Source: a virus (taxonomy: Duplodnaviria; Caudoviricetes). Taken from it: a DNA stretch of 64,000 bases. Below the pieces are notes generated by a model. It did no database searches, was not told the DNA's origin, and saw only the letters and a program-made list of their open reading frames with translations. Where the stretch lies: IMG/VR virus record IMGVR_UViG_3300045391_006539; one strand, 5' to 3'. Positions 47,141-55,878 of the stretch are shown piece by piece. Position 1 is the first letter of the stretch. Each line of letters begins with the position of its first letter. Both the position numbers and the translations under genes were made by a program.

Positions 47141-48355
47141 ATGCCCCAGAACACGGCACCCATCGCCCTCATCCGCAAGCTCGCGGCTGAGGGCGCGCCG
47201 GCGGAAGTCCCCGAGGGCTATGAGAAGCAGCTCGGCAAGGACTACCAGCGCACGCATCAGAAGCACGTTCAACGTACGGCTCTGCCCACGACCCTCGGTG
47301 CCCTCGGGGGCGCCATCGGTGGCGGTATCCTGAGCGAGCGGCTCACGCGCACGAAGCTGCCTGCGCTCGACTTCATGGGGCAAACGCTCTTACCCGAGTC
47401 CCACATCGCTGGTGACCCGTTCATCGGCGCGCTCGGTGGTGGCGTCATGGGCGGCGCGCTCGGTCATGCTGCAGCCCACCTCTCACCGGAGACCCGGAAA
47501 CTTCGCGACAAGATGCAGTCCATCCAGACCGAGCGTGACGCCCTTGGCGCACGTACGCCCGGGTCTACGACGGTCCTGACCGACGAGAACCTCGACCGGG
47601 ACCGGTACGGGGAGCTCCGTGCCGATGCAGCGCAGGCTCGCCTGAACCTCCGTGAGGCGGGCAAGCCCACACGCGTGGGCGCAGGGCTCGGCGCGCTCGC
47701 TGGGGCAGGTGCCGGTCTGCTCTCGGGTTATCGTGCCAGTGGTGGCAGAGCGTCAGAGATGGCGGCTCACGGACTCCTCGGAACGAGCTTGGGAATCGGC
47801 GCCGGCGCCATCGGCGGCTCGTTGGCCTCTGGACGCTCTTTTCCTCTGGCAATCAGGCGGCAAATCCAGACCGAGGAAGCCCGGCAGCGCTTCCGTCGGG
47901 GCGCGCAGACGCTCGACGCAGAGAAGGAAGCGGCCGCGCGCGCCAACTTCGACAGTCTCTTCGTGGGCCCAGACCCCACACTCGAGGAGACCATCGACGA
48001 GCTCAAGTTCGCGGCCATCGCAGACCCCGAGCTCTTGAAGGTGGCCTACGTGCTCGCCGAAGACGACTTGCTCACGACCTACGAGGCGCTCGGTGGCATC
48101 TACAAGGTCGCCTTTGGTCAGCAGATGTTCGACACGAAGCAGCTCGCGGGTAGTCCTGCCCTCGCCGGTGGCATGAACCAGCGCGCCTCGACCGCCACTC
48201 CCACGCTCGCCCAGCCGGGTGCTCAAGCGCCGCAGTCGCCAGCGGCCCCCAAGGTGCCCACCAGTCAGCCGTCACAGGGTTCGAGCGCTCCTTCTGCTGC
48301 TTCGGCGACGTCCGCACCGTCGACCCCCGGTGCCACGACAATCACCGTGGGTTGA
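47141..48355 (+). CDS. Glycine-zipper KxA protein inserted between sheath and tube genes
   Basis: Internal ATG of track ORF 46553; APIALIRKLA, four GxxxG segments, EKEA, LKFA, LKVA, YKVA. Confidence 0.65.
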   Translation: MPQNTAPIALIRKLAAEGAPAEVPEGYEKQLGKDYQRTHQKHVQRTALPTTLGALGGAIGGGILSERLTRTKLPALDFMGQTLLPESHIAGDPFIGALGGGVMGGALGHAAAHLSPETRKLRDKMQSIQTERDALGARTPGSTTVLTDENLDRDRYGELRADAAQARLNLREAGKPTRVGAGLGALAGAGAGLLSGYRASGGRASEMAAHGLLGTSLGIGAGAIGGSLASGRSFPLAIRRQIQTEEARQRFRRGAQTLDAEKEAAARANFDSLFVGPDPTLEETIDELKFAAIADPELLKVAYVLAEDDLLTTYEALGGIYKVAFGQQMFDTKQLAGSPALAGGMNQRASTATPTLAQPGAQAPQSPAAPKVPTSQPSQGSSAPSAASATSAPSTPGATTITVG

Positions 48356-48378
48356 TAGAATCGGACTAGGAGACGAGA

Positions 48379-49134
48379 ATGGCCGGTAACTACAGTGATT
48401 GGGCTCCATACACCAACTACGTCCAGTCGGGTATGGTGGACGGGGCGTACGCGAACGCCGGGTTCACGCTGCTCGCCGCAGGCCCGCCACGCATCGCCAA
48501 CATCGGCGGTGCGGCTGCCTTTGCACAGTCCCTCAATGGGCAGGGGGCGAATCAAATCGTCTTCCCCATCGGCATCGTCCAGAACTTCAGCCTGAGCCAC
48601 AGCCGCAACTTCTCGCGCATCTTCGAGATTGGCTCCGAGCGCAGCTACTTCATCGGTGGCCGCACCATCGGGCAGCTGGGTCTGGCGCGCATCTACTACC
48701 ACGGTGCGTCTCTCCTGCGCGTGCTCTACGCGTACTACCAGGACCTCTTGCCGCCCACGGTGGTGCCGGCGATGTTCCCGAATGCGGGCGCGTCGGTGAT
48801 GAGCAACCCGCACGACGTGGTCATCCCTCCGGGATACGAGAACCTGTACATGAACCTGGCCTCGGACTTGTTCGCGCAGCCCGTGGGTATCATGATGTAC
48901 GTGCGTGACGTCAACCAGGACGCCCTGGGCGCGATGTACTTCGAGGCCTGCTACCTGCCGAATCACAACTGGCAGACCGACAGTCAGGGCGTGCTCATTC
49001 AGGAGAGCGTCTCGGTCCAGTTCGAGCGCGCGGTGCCCGTCGCCATCTCGGCGCTGCAGCTCATCTCGAGCGCCAACCAGAATGCGGGTGGCGCGAACCT
49101 CTCCGAGACCTTCATGGGCATCCCGCAGAGCTGA
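48379..49134 (+). CDS. Tail tube protein (putative)
   Basis: PIGIVQNFSLSHSRNFSRIFEIGS..., YFEACY...IQESVSVQFER; SD GGAG; follows the sheath. Confidence 0.7.
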   Translation: MAGNYSDWAPYTNYVQSGMVDGAYANAGFTLLAAGPPRIANIGGAAAFAQSLNGQGANQIVFPIGIVQNFSLSHSRNFSRIFEIGSERSYFIGGRTIGQLGLARIYYHGASLLRVLYAYYQDLLPPTVVPAMFPNAGASVMSNPHDVVIPPGYENLYMNLASDLFAQPVGIMMYVRDVNQDALGAMYFEACYLPNHNWQTDSQGVLIQESVSVQFERAVPVAISALQLISSANQNAGGANLSETFMGIPQS

Positions 49135-49523
49135 TGGCAGCCAAGCCCTACACCCTGAGCGCACTCATCCGCCTCCCGCCCGATGATGGGCAGGAGGCGG
49201 GCGTCCGTGAGTTCTCCACTGCAGGGGTCTTCTCCCACAAAGTGGAGGCCGAGCTCGTCTTCACGGGAACGGGTACCCACGTGGTGAACTTCGGGAGCAT
49301 CCCGAGCACCGGTGCGAAGGCCATCCTGCTCGAGTACGAAGCGACCGACAGCTCCGACCAAGACCCGCTGCTCGTGAGCCTCAACGGCAGTGAAGACACG
49401 TTCCCGGTCTTCTCGGGTGGTGGTCTGATGCTCAGCAATCCCCTACCCGCCGGTGCCGGTGTCACGGCGCTCAGTGTCACGTATGCAGCCGCCTGCATCG
49501 TGAAAGTCACCCTGCTGGCGTAG
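49134..49523 (+). CDS. Small beta-rich structural protein
   Basis: 129 aa coupled to the tube gene. Confidence 0.6.
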   Translation: MAAKPYTLSALIRLPPDDGQEAGVREFSTAGVFSHKVEAELVFTGTGTHVVNFGSIPSTGAKAILLEYEATDSSDQDPLLVSLNGSEDTFPVFSGGGLMLSNPLPAGAGVTALSVTYAAACIVKVTLLA

Positions 49524-49528
49524 TTCAC

Positions 49529-49900
49529 ATGTTCCTCGCACTCCTTCAGCCGGTGGCGCAAGTCCCGGCTGAAGTCGCGGCCAAGGCGGGGACTACACTG
49601 ATAGAGAGCGGCATACTCGGTACGCTGCTCGTCGTCAGCGTACTCGGTAACGCGGCTCTCATCTGGCTCGCTCTCCGCACCATGAACAAGCGGGTGGAGG
49701 ACGGCAAAGCCCTGCATGCCCTGAGCGAGAAGATGGTAACTACCTTCGCCAGCATGGAGACGGCAGTCGAAGACCTGAACGACGCAGACAAGGCTCAGAC
49801 TATGGCTCTTCAATCCATGAAGAGCACGCTCGACACACTGCTCATGAGCATGGCTGTTCGTGGCGTACCGAACAACCACCCGCCGGGCAAGGTGCGGTGA
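49529..49900 (+). CDS. Membrane protein, holin-like candidate
   Basis: SGILGTLLVVSVLGNAALIWLAL transmembrane helix plus coiled coil. Confidence 0.45.
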   Translation: MFLALLQPVAQVPAEVAAKAGTTLIESGILGTLLVVSVLGNAALIWLALRTMNKRVEDGKALHALSEKMVTTFASMETAVEDLNDADKAQTMALQSMKSTLDTLLMSMAVRGVPNNHPPGKVR

Positions 49901-50097
49901 TGCTCCAGGCTCTGCTACGGTATCTGGGACTCGATGCCGAGAGCAAACGGCAACGAGCGGAGACGAAAGAACGCCTCGACCGCGCCAATTCACAGCTCGA
50001 CTTGCTTCAGAAGAAGCTCGAAGAGACCAGCCAGAACTCTTTGAAGGAGCAGAAGGCGATTCACAAGACCTTGAGCCAAGGTGGCAGCCGTGGATGA
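49897..50097 (+). CDS. Small coiled-coil protein
   Basis: 66 aa overlapping both neighbours. Confidence 0.55.
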   Translation: MMLQALLRYLGLDAESKRQRAETKERLDRANSQLDLLQKKLEETSQNSLKEQKAIHKTLSQGGSRG

Positions 50098-50572
50098 AGA
50101 CACCAGACCCGTAGACCGTGACATCTTGCGTCAGGCCATTGCTGCTTTGCGCGAGGTCAACGCCAATCTCGAGAGCGTGATGCTCCGTAACGACAAGGTC
50201 ATCCGCCGGCAGAACTGGCTCACGGGGCTGTTCCTACTGTCGCTCGGCATGCTCGGTGGGCAGCTCTTCCTGGGCCTTTCTCAGCAGGCGCTGCAGGAGT
50301 CGGCCAAGACCCAGCTCGCCGCACAGGAGCAAGGGCGCATCGAGATGCAGCGCGCGCTCGAGGCGGCCAAGATTCAGGTGCGCGAGCTCGAGACGTCGAT
50401 GAAGCAGCAGCTCCAGGCCGTGCCCACGGTGACGAGTGACAAGGCGGGGCGGCTCAGTCTCGAGGTACCACTCGACGACGCCACCAAACAGGCGGTGAGT
50501 GCGACTCCCACACTCCCTCCCGAGAAGGTGGTGATACCCTTGAAGCCGTCACAGGCGAAGCTCTCGAACTGA
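50081..50572 (+). CDS. Single-TM coiled-coil protein (spanin-like candidate)
   Basis: WLTGLFLLSLGMLGGQLFLGL followed by a heptad-rich region. Confidence 0.45.
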   Translation: MAAVDEDTRPVDRDILRQAIAALREVNANLESVMLRNDKVIRRQNWLTGLFLLSLGMLGGQLFLGLSQQALQESAKTQLAAQEQGRIEMQRALEAAKIQVRELETSMKQQLQAVPTVTSDKAGRLSLEVPLDDATKQAVSATPTLPPEKVVIPLKPSQAKLSN

Positions 50573-50577
50573 GGTCT

Positions 50578-51351
50578 ATGGACAAGCAGGCAAACCCGGT
50601 CGTCGCCGCCAAGCTCATCGCCGCCATGCTCGGCTCGGGCTTGATGATGGCCGACAGTGCCCATGTCCAGGAACTCCAGGAAGAAGCGGCGGTTCTCAAC
50701 GAGATGAGCCGCATGTACGAGGCGAGGAAGATGCAGCAGACCATCGACAGCCTGAGCACCCAGAAGTTCGCTTCGGCCGAGTGGCATGCCCTGCGCGCGG
50801 TGAAGGTGGCGGCCGCCGTCACGGCCGCCGGCGGGGACTTCGACAAGCTCGCGGCCCTGCTCGAGGCGGAGGGCATGGACAAGGAGGCGCTCGGCGCGCT
50901 CATCGGAGGTCTCGCCCGGCTCGGTGGGGCCGCTCTCAAAGGCCTCGGCGGGGGCGCCAAGGCGCTCGGCGCCGCCAAGCTCCCCTCACTCGGGGGCTCC
51001 GGCGTGGGCGCGTTCCAGAAGGCCTGGCAGGGCGCCGCGCCGGCAGCGCAGGCTACCCAGGGGTACCTGCAGCGCGCTGGCGGCTGGCTCCAGGGACACG
51101 GCGCCTCGCTCGCCGCCAAAGGTCAGGCCAGTGTTGCGGCCGCCGCGCCGGCAGCCGCTGCGAGCAAGCCGCTGCTCGGCATGGGAACCAAGGCCAAGCT
51201 CGTCGGCGCGGGTGCGCTCGCTGGTGCGGGCTACCTCGGATACAAGGGTCTGCAGGCGGGACGAGACTACATGCTGGCGCCGCCGCGGCACAGCATTTAC
51301 GGCACACCCGTCGCGAACAACATCAATCAATACGGAGTGCCGCAGTACTAG
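50578..51351 (+). CDS. KxA protein with C-terminal Gly/Ala-rich amphipathic peptide
   Basis: DKQA, QKFA, VKVA, DKLA, MDKEA|LGALIGGLARLGGAALKGLGGG. Confidence 0.7.
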   Translation: MDKQANPVVAAKLIAAMLGSGLMMADSAHVQELQEEAAVLNEMSRMYEARKMQQTIDSLSTQKFASAEWHALRAVKVAAAVTAAGGDFDKLAALLEAEGMDKEALGALIGGLARLGGAALKGLGGGAKALGAAKLPSLGGSGVGAFQKAWQGAAPAAQATQGYLQRAGGWLQGHGASLAAKGQASVAAAAPAAAASKPLLGMGTKAKLVGAGALAGAGYLGYKGLQAGRDYMLAPPRHSIYGTPVANNINQYGVPQY

Positions 51352-51668
51352 CGGAGCCAGCTAGGGATGACATCGGCGTTCGGAGGCAGGTCTTTTGGAG
51401 GCCTTTCCTCGAGCGCCTCATCGTCCGCCGGTGACGACGTCGAGGCTCTGGAGGAGCTCGCTGACCTTGTCTTCGCCGAGGAGCTCTCGGGATTCGAGGA
51501 TGAGACGGCGGTACTCTTCCGGTTGAAATCCAAGGTCGCATTGTCGAGCAGAGTCTGCTCCATTGGCGACAGGGTCTCGAGAGTCTTGCTTCCGCTCATC
51601 AGTTCCTGCAGCAGTTCGCTCACCCCCGTCTCGTATTTGCTCGGGTCTCGAAGCAGGTCGTCGAACAT
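51348..51668 (-). CDS. Hypothetical protein overlapping the upstream gene in another frame
   Basis: MFDDLLRDPSKYETGVSELLQEL...VIPSWLR; its stop overlaps that of the convergent + gene. Confidence 0.4.
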   Translation of the reverse strand: MFDDLLRDPSKYETGVSELLQELMSGSKTLETLSPMEQTLLDNATLDFNRKSTAVSSSNPESSSAKTRSASSSRASTSSPADDEALEERPPKDLPPNADVIPSWLR

Positions 51669-52050
51669 AATCTCGGGGCTTCCAATGAGGTTGGAGAAGA
51701 GCCCCTGCGGACGCGAGGATGGCACGGAGTCGCTTCTTCGAGAGACCAGACTTGACCACGAAGGGAACGTGGGCGGGACTACTGGATGCAATTGCATCAA
51801 TGTAAGCAAGGCCGAGGCCTGTAGTTTCGGCGTCTGTGAGCTCGCGCTGAACTTTCTCGAACTCATTCTCTATCCACCTGCGATGCGTGTGTAGATGGCT
51901 CGCAACTATACCAGTGACCGTGCTGGTGACGCTCATGTACTCGTTGCCGCGCTGGGCCACGCGATGACTCAGAACGACGCAATACTTGCCCAGTAGACGC
52001 CAGAAGTAAGGCGTCATCTTGAGGGCTACCGTGGGAGCGTCTCTTCGCAT
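51418..52050 (-). CDS. Hypothetical protein
   Basis: 210-aa ATG ORF. Confidence 0.55.
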   Translation of the reverse strand: MRRDAPTVALKMTPYFWRLLGKYCVVLSHRVAQRGNEYMSVTSTVTGIVASHLHTHRRWIENEFEKVQRELTDAETTGLGLAYIDAIASSSPAHVPFVVKSGLSKKRLRAILASAGALLQPHWKPRDYVRRPASRPEQIRDGGERTAAGTDERKQDSRDPVANGADSARQCDLGFQPEEYRRLILESRELLGEDKVSELLQSLDVVTGGR

Positions 52051-52200
52051 AGACCCAGTAGATTCTCTCGAATTTTCAGTGGACTATGAACTATGAAGGA
52101 TGCACAGTCAAAGGGCCTGCGTCGATAGGGAAAAAGAGTGTGGGCGCGAATCTCGCACTAGAGGCAGGTTGCCCCTGAGAGCGTCGCGATAGGAGAGACC

Positions 52201-52932
52201 ATGGCAAAACTAGAGACTGCCGACCAATTCATCGAACAAGTCAAGAACGGGAAATACGAGACCAAGGTCAACGCGCAGCGTGCTGCGGGGCGAACCCGTC
52301 TGTCAGATGGCGAGAAGAAGAAGGCTTTCGCCTTCCTCGACAAGCACTTTGGCGTAGATGCCGCGCCGGCGTCAACCACCCCCAAGACTTCCAAACGTCT
52401 CGCGAAGGTTTCACGCAAGAAGAAAGTCACACGCCCGAAGAAGACTACCCCGAGCGAGGTCGCGGTGACCGAGCCCGCGGCGGCAGCCGCGTCCAAGCCA
52501 GCCAAGACGGCCAAGAAGGTCGTGACCAAGACCCGCAAAGCGCCGGTCGAGGCGGCTCCCGAGGGAACGCTGCCCATCAGCCCGAGCGAGGTCAACTCGG
52601 TCGCCGACGTGCTCAAGCTCATCGACTCCACCGTGAGTCAGAGCGTGTCCATCGTTGGCGCTCTGCGCACGGCCAACGACCTGCACGAAGCGGGCGACAT
52701 CGCGACGGGCGTCAGTACCATCAAGCTGGCCCTGGTGGGTGCAGCCCAGCTCCTGCATCAGAACGTGGTGGCGCCGCTCAACAGGGCGGGGACTCAGGCC
52801 GATGCAGAAGTGGCACAGCGACTGCAGGAAGTCATCAACGCGAGCGTCGACGGACCCGCTCAGCAGAATGCATCCGTGCAGCACGCGGGTTACGTGCCAC
52901 CGCCACCCGCGTTCGAGTCTCAACTGTCCTGA
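52201..52932 (+). CDS. Protein with a histone-H1-like Lys/Ala/Thr-rich segment (putative DNA-binding)
   Basis: SD AGGAG; KKKVTRPKKTTP...SKPAKTAKKVVTKTRKAP. Confidence 0.6.
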   Translation: MAKLETADQFIEQVKNGKYETKVNAQRAAGRTRLSDGEKKKAFAFLDKHFGVDAAPASTTPKTSKRLAKVSRKKKVTRPKKTTPSEVAVTEPAAAAASKPAKTAKKVVTKTRKAPVEAAPEGTLPISPSEVNSVADVLKLIDSTVSQSVSIVGALRTANDLHEAGDIATGVSTIKLALVGAAQLLHQNVVAPLNRAGTQADAEVAQRLQEVINASVDGPAQQNASVQHAGYVPPPPAFESQLS

Positions 52933-53369
52933 GCAGGTCGCCTCTTTCTCCACAGGATGCCGATGCTGTGAACGTCGTCCGTGACTTCGGGCTCTCCCAG
53001 CAGGCGTATGTCCCCACTCGTATGGATTGGAATCGACCAGCCTCGGCTTCCGTGGTGAGATTCTAAGACCACCGAGACTTCGCGCTCCTTCTGCTCGGCG
53101 AGGAGGAGCGCGTAGGCCCGGGTCTTTTGCACGAAGGCGTGCAGCGTCTCGGGCCAGCTCGTCTTGTTCGTGGGCAGGTCGAGCACGCACGCGCCGTTGA
53201 CGGGCAAGCCATCCTCTCCGAGGATGGTCTCGCTCGGCCAAGCGATGACGAATGGGTCTACCTGGCGTCGCTCTCGCCAGCTCTCATAGACGCTCTTGAG
53301 ACCGCGGGCGGCCTCTGCCTTGATATTGTCCCAGATGAAGCGTTCGCTCGTGTAGTATCGGTTGTCCAT
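52920..53369 (-). CDS. Hypothetical protein
   Basis: MDNRYYTSERFIWD...; internal ATG of track ORF 52920..53495. Confidence 0.6.
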   Translation of the reverse strand: MDNRYYTSERFIWDNIKAEAARGLKSVYESWRERRQVDPFVIAWPSETILGEDGLPVNGACVLDLPTNKTSWPETLHAFVQKTRAYALLLAEQKEREVSVVLESHHGSRGWSIPIHTSGDIRLLGEPEVTDDVHSIGILWRKRRPAQDS

Positions 53370-53640
53370 GGCTGCTCGTGACAGCTTGGAGGGTCTACGC
53401 AAGGAGCTCAAGCTCCGTGAGTCGAGAATCGCTCGAGCCACGCATTCCCTACGGGTAGACGTGGGTCCACTGGAGGGTGATGGCTTCACCGTCACTGCGG
53501 TTTGGCCCCATGGGTCCTGGCAGCGACGCTTTTCGTACGCGGACTGTCATCAATTCGGGACCTTCCCGCCGCGTAAGAAGACAGGCTGTAGTCTCAGTCG
53601 AGACATCATTCAAGCCATCCACACCCAACGAGGCATATGA
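53368..53640 (+). CDS. Hypothetical protein
   Basis: MAARDSLEGLRKEL...; coupled to the next gene by ATGA. Confidence 0.5.
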   Translation: MAARDSLEGLRKELKLRESRIARATHSLRVDVGPLEGDGFTVTAVWPHGSWQRRFSYADCHQFGTFPPRKKTGCSLSRDIIQAIHTQRGI

Positions 53641-54143
53641 GCAGACCGACCAGCATGGAGCATGCGAAACCCATTGAGGAGTACCTGGCCGCCGGCGAGG
53701 AGGTCGTGCCACGCACTACTTGGTTCTATTTTGGCTACGACTGGCAATCACGCGAGAAGCAGGTCTTCCTGAACGAGCCGAGCGAGGACCTCCAGCGCTC
53801 TCTGGTGCAGGAAGGCAAGTGGCACCATCTCTACAAGCTGCAGGTCGAACTGCCCGTACCTGCGGAAGTCGATGAGCGTACGGAGATTCGCGTCTCGGAG
53901 ACCGCCGACCTGCGCGTCGAGGTCATGCTCGACGCAAAGGACTACGCCGAGAGTGAGCGGCTCTCCTATGCGTTCGCCCGCCGTCTGTATGGCATTACGC
54001 CGTATGTGATACCGGCGACGAGGACCATCAAACAGACGAACTACACCTGGAAGACGAACCTGGATGAGAAAGGCGAGGGTCCACACGTCTTCATCGTGGA
54101 GCGTGATGGGCAACGGCTCCGGGTTACAGTAGAGGAACTATGA
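53637..54143 (+). CDS. Hypothetical protein
   Basis: 168 aa with ATGA overlaps. Confidence 0.65.
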   Translation: MSRPTSMEHAKPIEEYLAAGEEVVPRTTWFYFGYDWQSREKQVFLNEPSEDLQRSLVQEGKWHHLYKLQVELPVPAEVDERTEIRVSETADLRVEVMLDAKDYAESERLSYAFARRLYGITPYVIPATRTIKQTNYTWKTNLDEKGEGPHVFIVERDGQRLRVTVEEL

Positions 54144-54862
54144 TTATCGGCATCCTCGGATTCGCTCAGACAGGCAAAGATACCATCGCCAATCTACTCG
54201 CCGAACATGGCGCCCAGAAGATTGGCTTTGCCGACGAGCTCAAGCGCATCACGATGCAGCTCTTCGGCTTCACTCCCGAGCAGATGTGGGGCACCAAAGA
54301 GCAGAAGGAAGCCCCGGATTTGCGATACCCGCGTCTCCATTCCATCACGTATTACAACGATGAGCCGGGCAGCGTCAGGGTCAAGTGCCTATGCTGCGGT
54401 CTCGAGAGTCCCAGTGACGACATCGATGTGGTCAACGCGACGTACGAGGCTCCGTGTTACCTCAACGGGCGCTACGCATTGAAGACCCTAGGTACCGAGG
54501 GCGCTCGTGCGTGCTGGGATGGTATCTGGGTGCAGAAGGCCGTCCAAAACGCTCGTGGGATAGAGCGCGGTCTTTGGTACGACGTGCGGCAGGGTTTCGG
54601 GACCTCGTTTCACGACCATGCGGCCCCAACGACGGCCGTCTTCATCGATTGCCGCTTCGAGAACGAGGTCGTGGGCATCCAGGCTGCGGGTGGTCGGGTC
54701 TACCGCATCAAACGACCGGGCTACGAGAAGCCCATGTTCGACCACCCGAGCGAGACGGAACAACTACGCATACCCGATGATAAGCTCCAGGGTGTGATTC
54801 ACAACGACGGCACACTGGAAGACCTGAAGGCGAAAGCCATCGGGCTCCTCTCGGAGAGGTGA
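54140..54862 (+). CDS. Deoxynucleoside monophosphate kinase (T4 gp1-like)
   Basis: MIIGILGFAQTGKDT P-loop, FADELK, DCRFENE, HPSE, IHNDGTLEDL. Confidence 0.88.
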   Translation: MIIGILGFAQTGKDTIANLLAEHGAQKIGFADELKRITMQLFGFTPEQMWGTKEQKEAPDLRYPRLHSITYYNDEPGSVRVKCLCCGLESPSDDIDVVNATYEAPCYLNGRYALKTLGTEGARACWDGIWVQKAVQNARGIERGLWYDVRQGFGTSFHDHAAPTTAVFIDCRFENEVVGIQAAGGRVYRIKRPGYEKPMFDHPSETEQLRIPDDKLQGVIHNDGTLEDLKAKAIGLLSER

Positions 54863-54865
54863 GGC

Positions 54866-55255
54866 ATGACGGCACGTACGTTCCAGCTCTCTCAGGAGGA
54901 ATACGAGTCGCTCATTGCGCTCGCACGCCAGGGCGCCCAGCTCTCGGGCAACCAGAGCCGTGTGCGCCAGCTCGAGGAATGGCTGAAGCTCATCGAAAAA
55001 CAGAATGGCGTGAGTCGAAGTGTGGTGACGGTCTTGTGGCAGGAGCTCGATGAGCCGCTACCTCCGGGCACGTTCTTCCCCACGACCTGGCCACCGACGC
55101 TCAAGCGCACCGTCGAGCTCATCGGTAGACTCGTCTCCCGCGCCGACATCGACGCGGTGCTCTCGGCGCATGCCAAGAACCCGACCAGCGTGATGTGTAC
55201 CAAAGACCCCAATGGAGTCGTGGGCCTCACGCCCATCGACCAATTCTTCGTTTAG
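54866..55255 (+). CDS. Hypothetical protein
   Basis: SD GAGGTGAGG; 129 aa. Confidence 0.7.
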   Translation: MTARTFQLSQEEYESLIALARQGAQLSGNQSRVRQLEEWLKLIEKQNGVSRSVVTVLWQELDEPLPPGTFFPTTWPPTLKRTVELIGRLVSRADIDAVLSAHAKNPTSVMCTKDPNGVVGLTPIDQFFV

Positions 55256-55258
55256 CGC

Positions 55259-55525
55259 ATGCCAACCATCGATGTGAGTCAGCTGCCGTCCTACGTCCTC
55301 CTGTTCGAAGACATCGAGGCGACGTGTACGGTCGATGGCTGGAAGAAGAAGTTCAAATTCGTCAACGGCATGAGGCTTCGGGTGGGTGACCCTTTGCCTC
55401 GCGGTGAAGACCCGAACTTTGATACATGCATGCGATGCAAGAGAAAGTCGATGCGAGTGACGAAGGTCCCGGAGGCCCCGTCCCCACTCCCGCCACGTGG
55501 CTTCTGGAGGGTTCCCACCGAATAG
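55259..55525 (+). CDS. Small Cys-containing hypothetical protein
   Basis: 88 aa with CMRC. Confidence 0.55.
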   Translation: MPTIDVSQLPSYVLLFEDIEATCTVDGWKKKFKFVNGMRLRVGDPLPRGEDPNFDTCMRCKRKSMRVTKVPEAPSPLPPRGFWRVPTE

Positions 55526-55548
55526 TCGTCGGCCCAGAGCCAGGACAG

Positions 55549-55878
55549 ATGACGGTGCACGGAGACTTCGGTCCCGTCGCCGTCGTGGAGGGACAAGTCA
55601 GTTGCCGTCCCATCGAGAGTGCCGCTCAGCGCTTTCGTGGGGTGGTCTACGACTTCGACCACCTCTGGTGGACGCACACCGGGATGATTCTGCTCTTGCA
55701 GGGGGTCATCTTGCCGAATCTCGTTGGCCCCGTGATGACCATCATCCGTGGTCAGCACAGCGAAGTCTGGCGCCCACGTCCCTGCGTGCGTGACGTGCGC
55801 TTCGTAGTTCAGATGGACAATCCAGAGGGTCTGTCCTGCGGCGACATCTTCCAGCTCGCCGTGGGTCTAGGCCTCTGA
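55549..55878 (+). CDS. Hypothetical protein
   Basis: Internal ATG of track ORF 55426 with AGGA upstream; fills the gap. Confidence 0.4.
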   Translation: MTVHGDFGPVAVVEGQVSCRPIESAAQRFRGVVYDFDHLWWTHTGMILLLQGVILPNLVGPVMTIIRGQHSEVWRPRPCVRDVRFVVQMDNPEGLSCGDIFQLAVGLGL

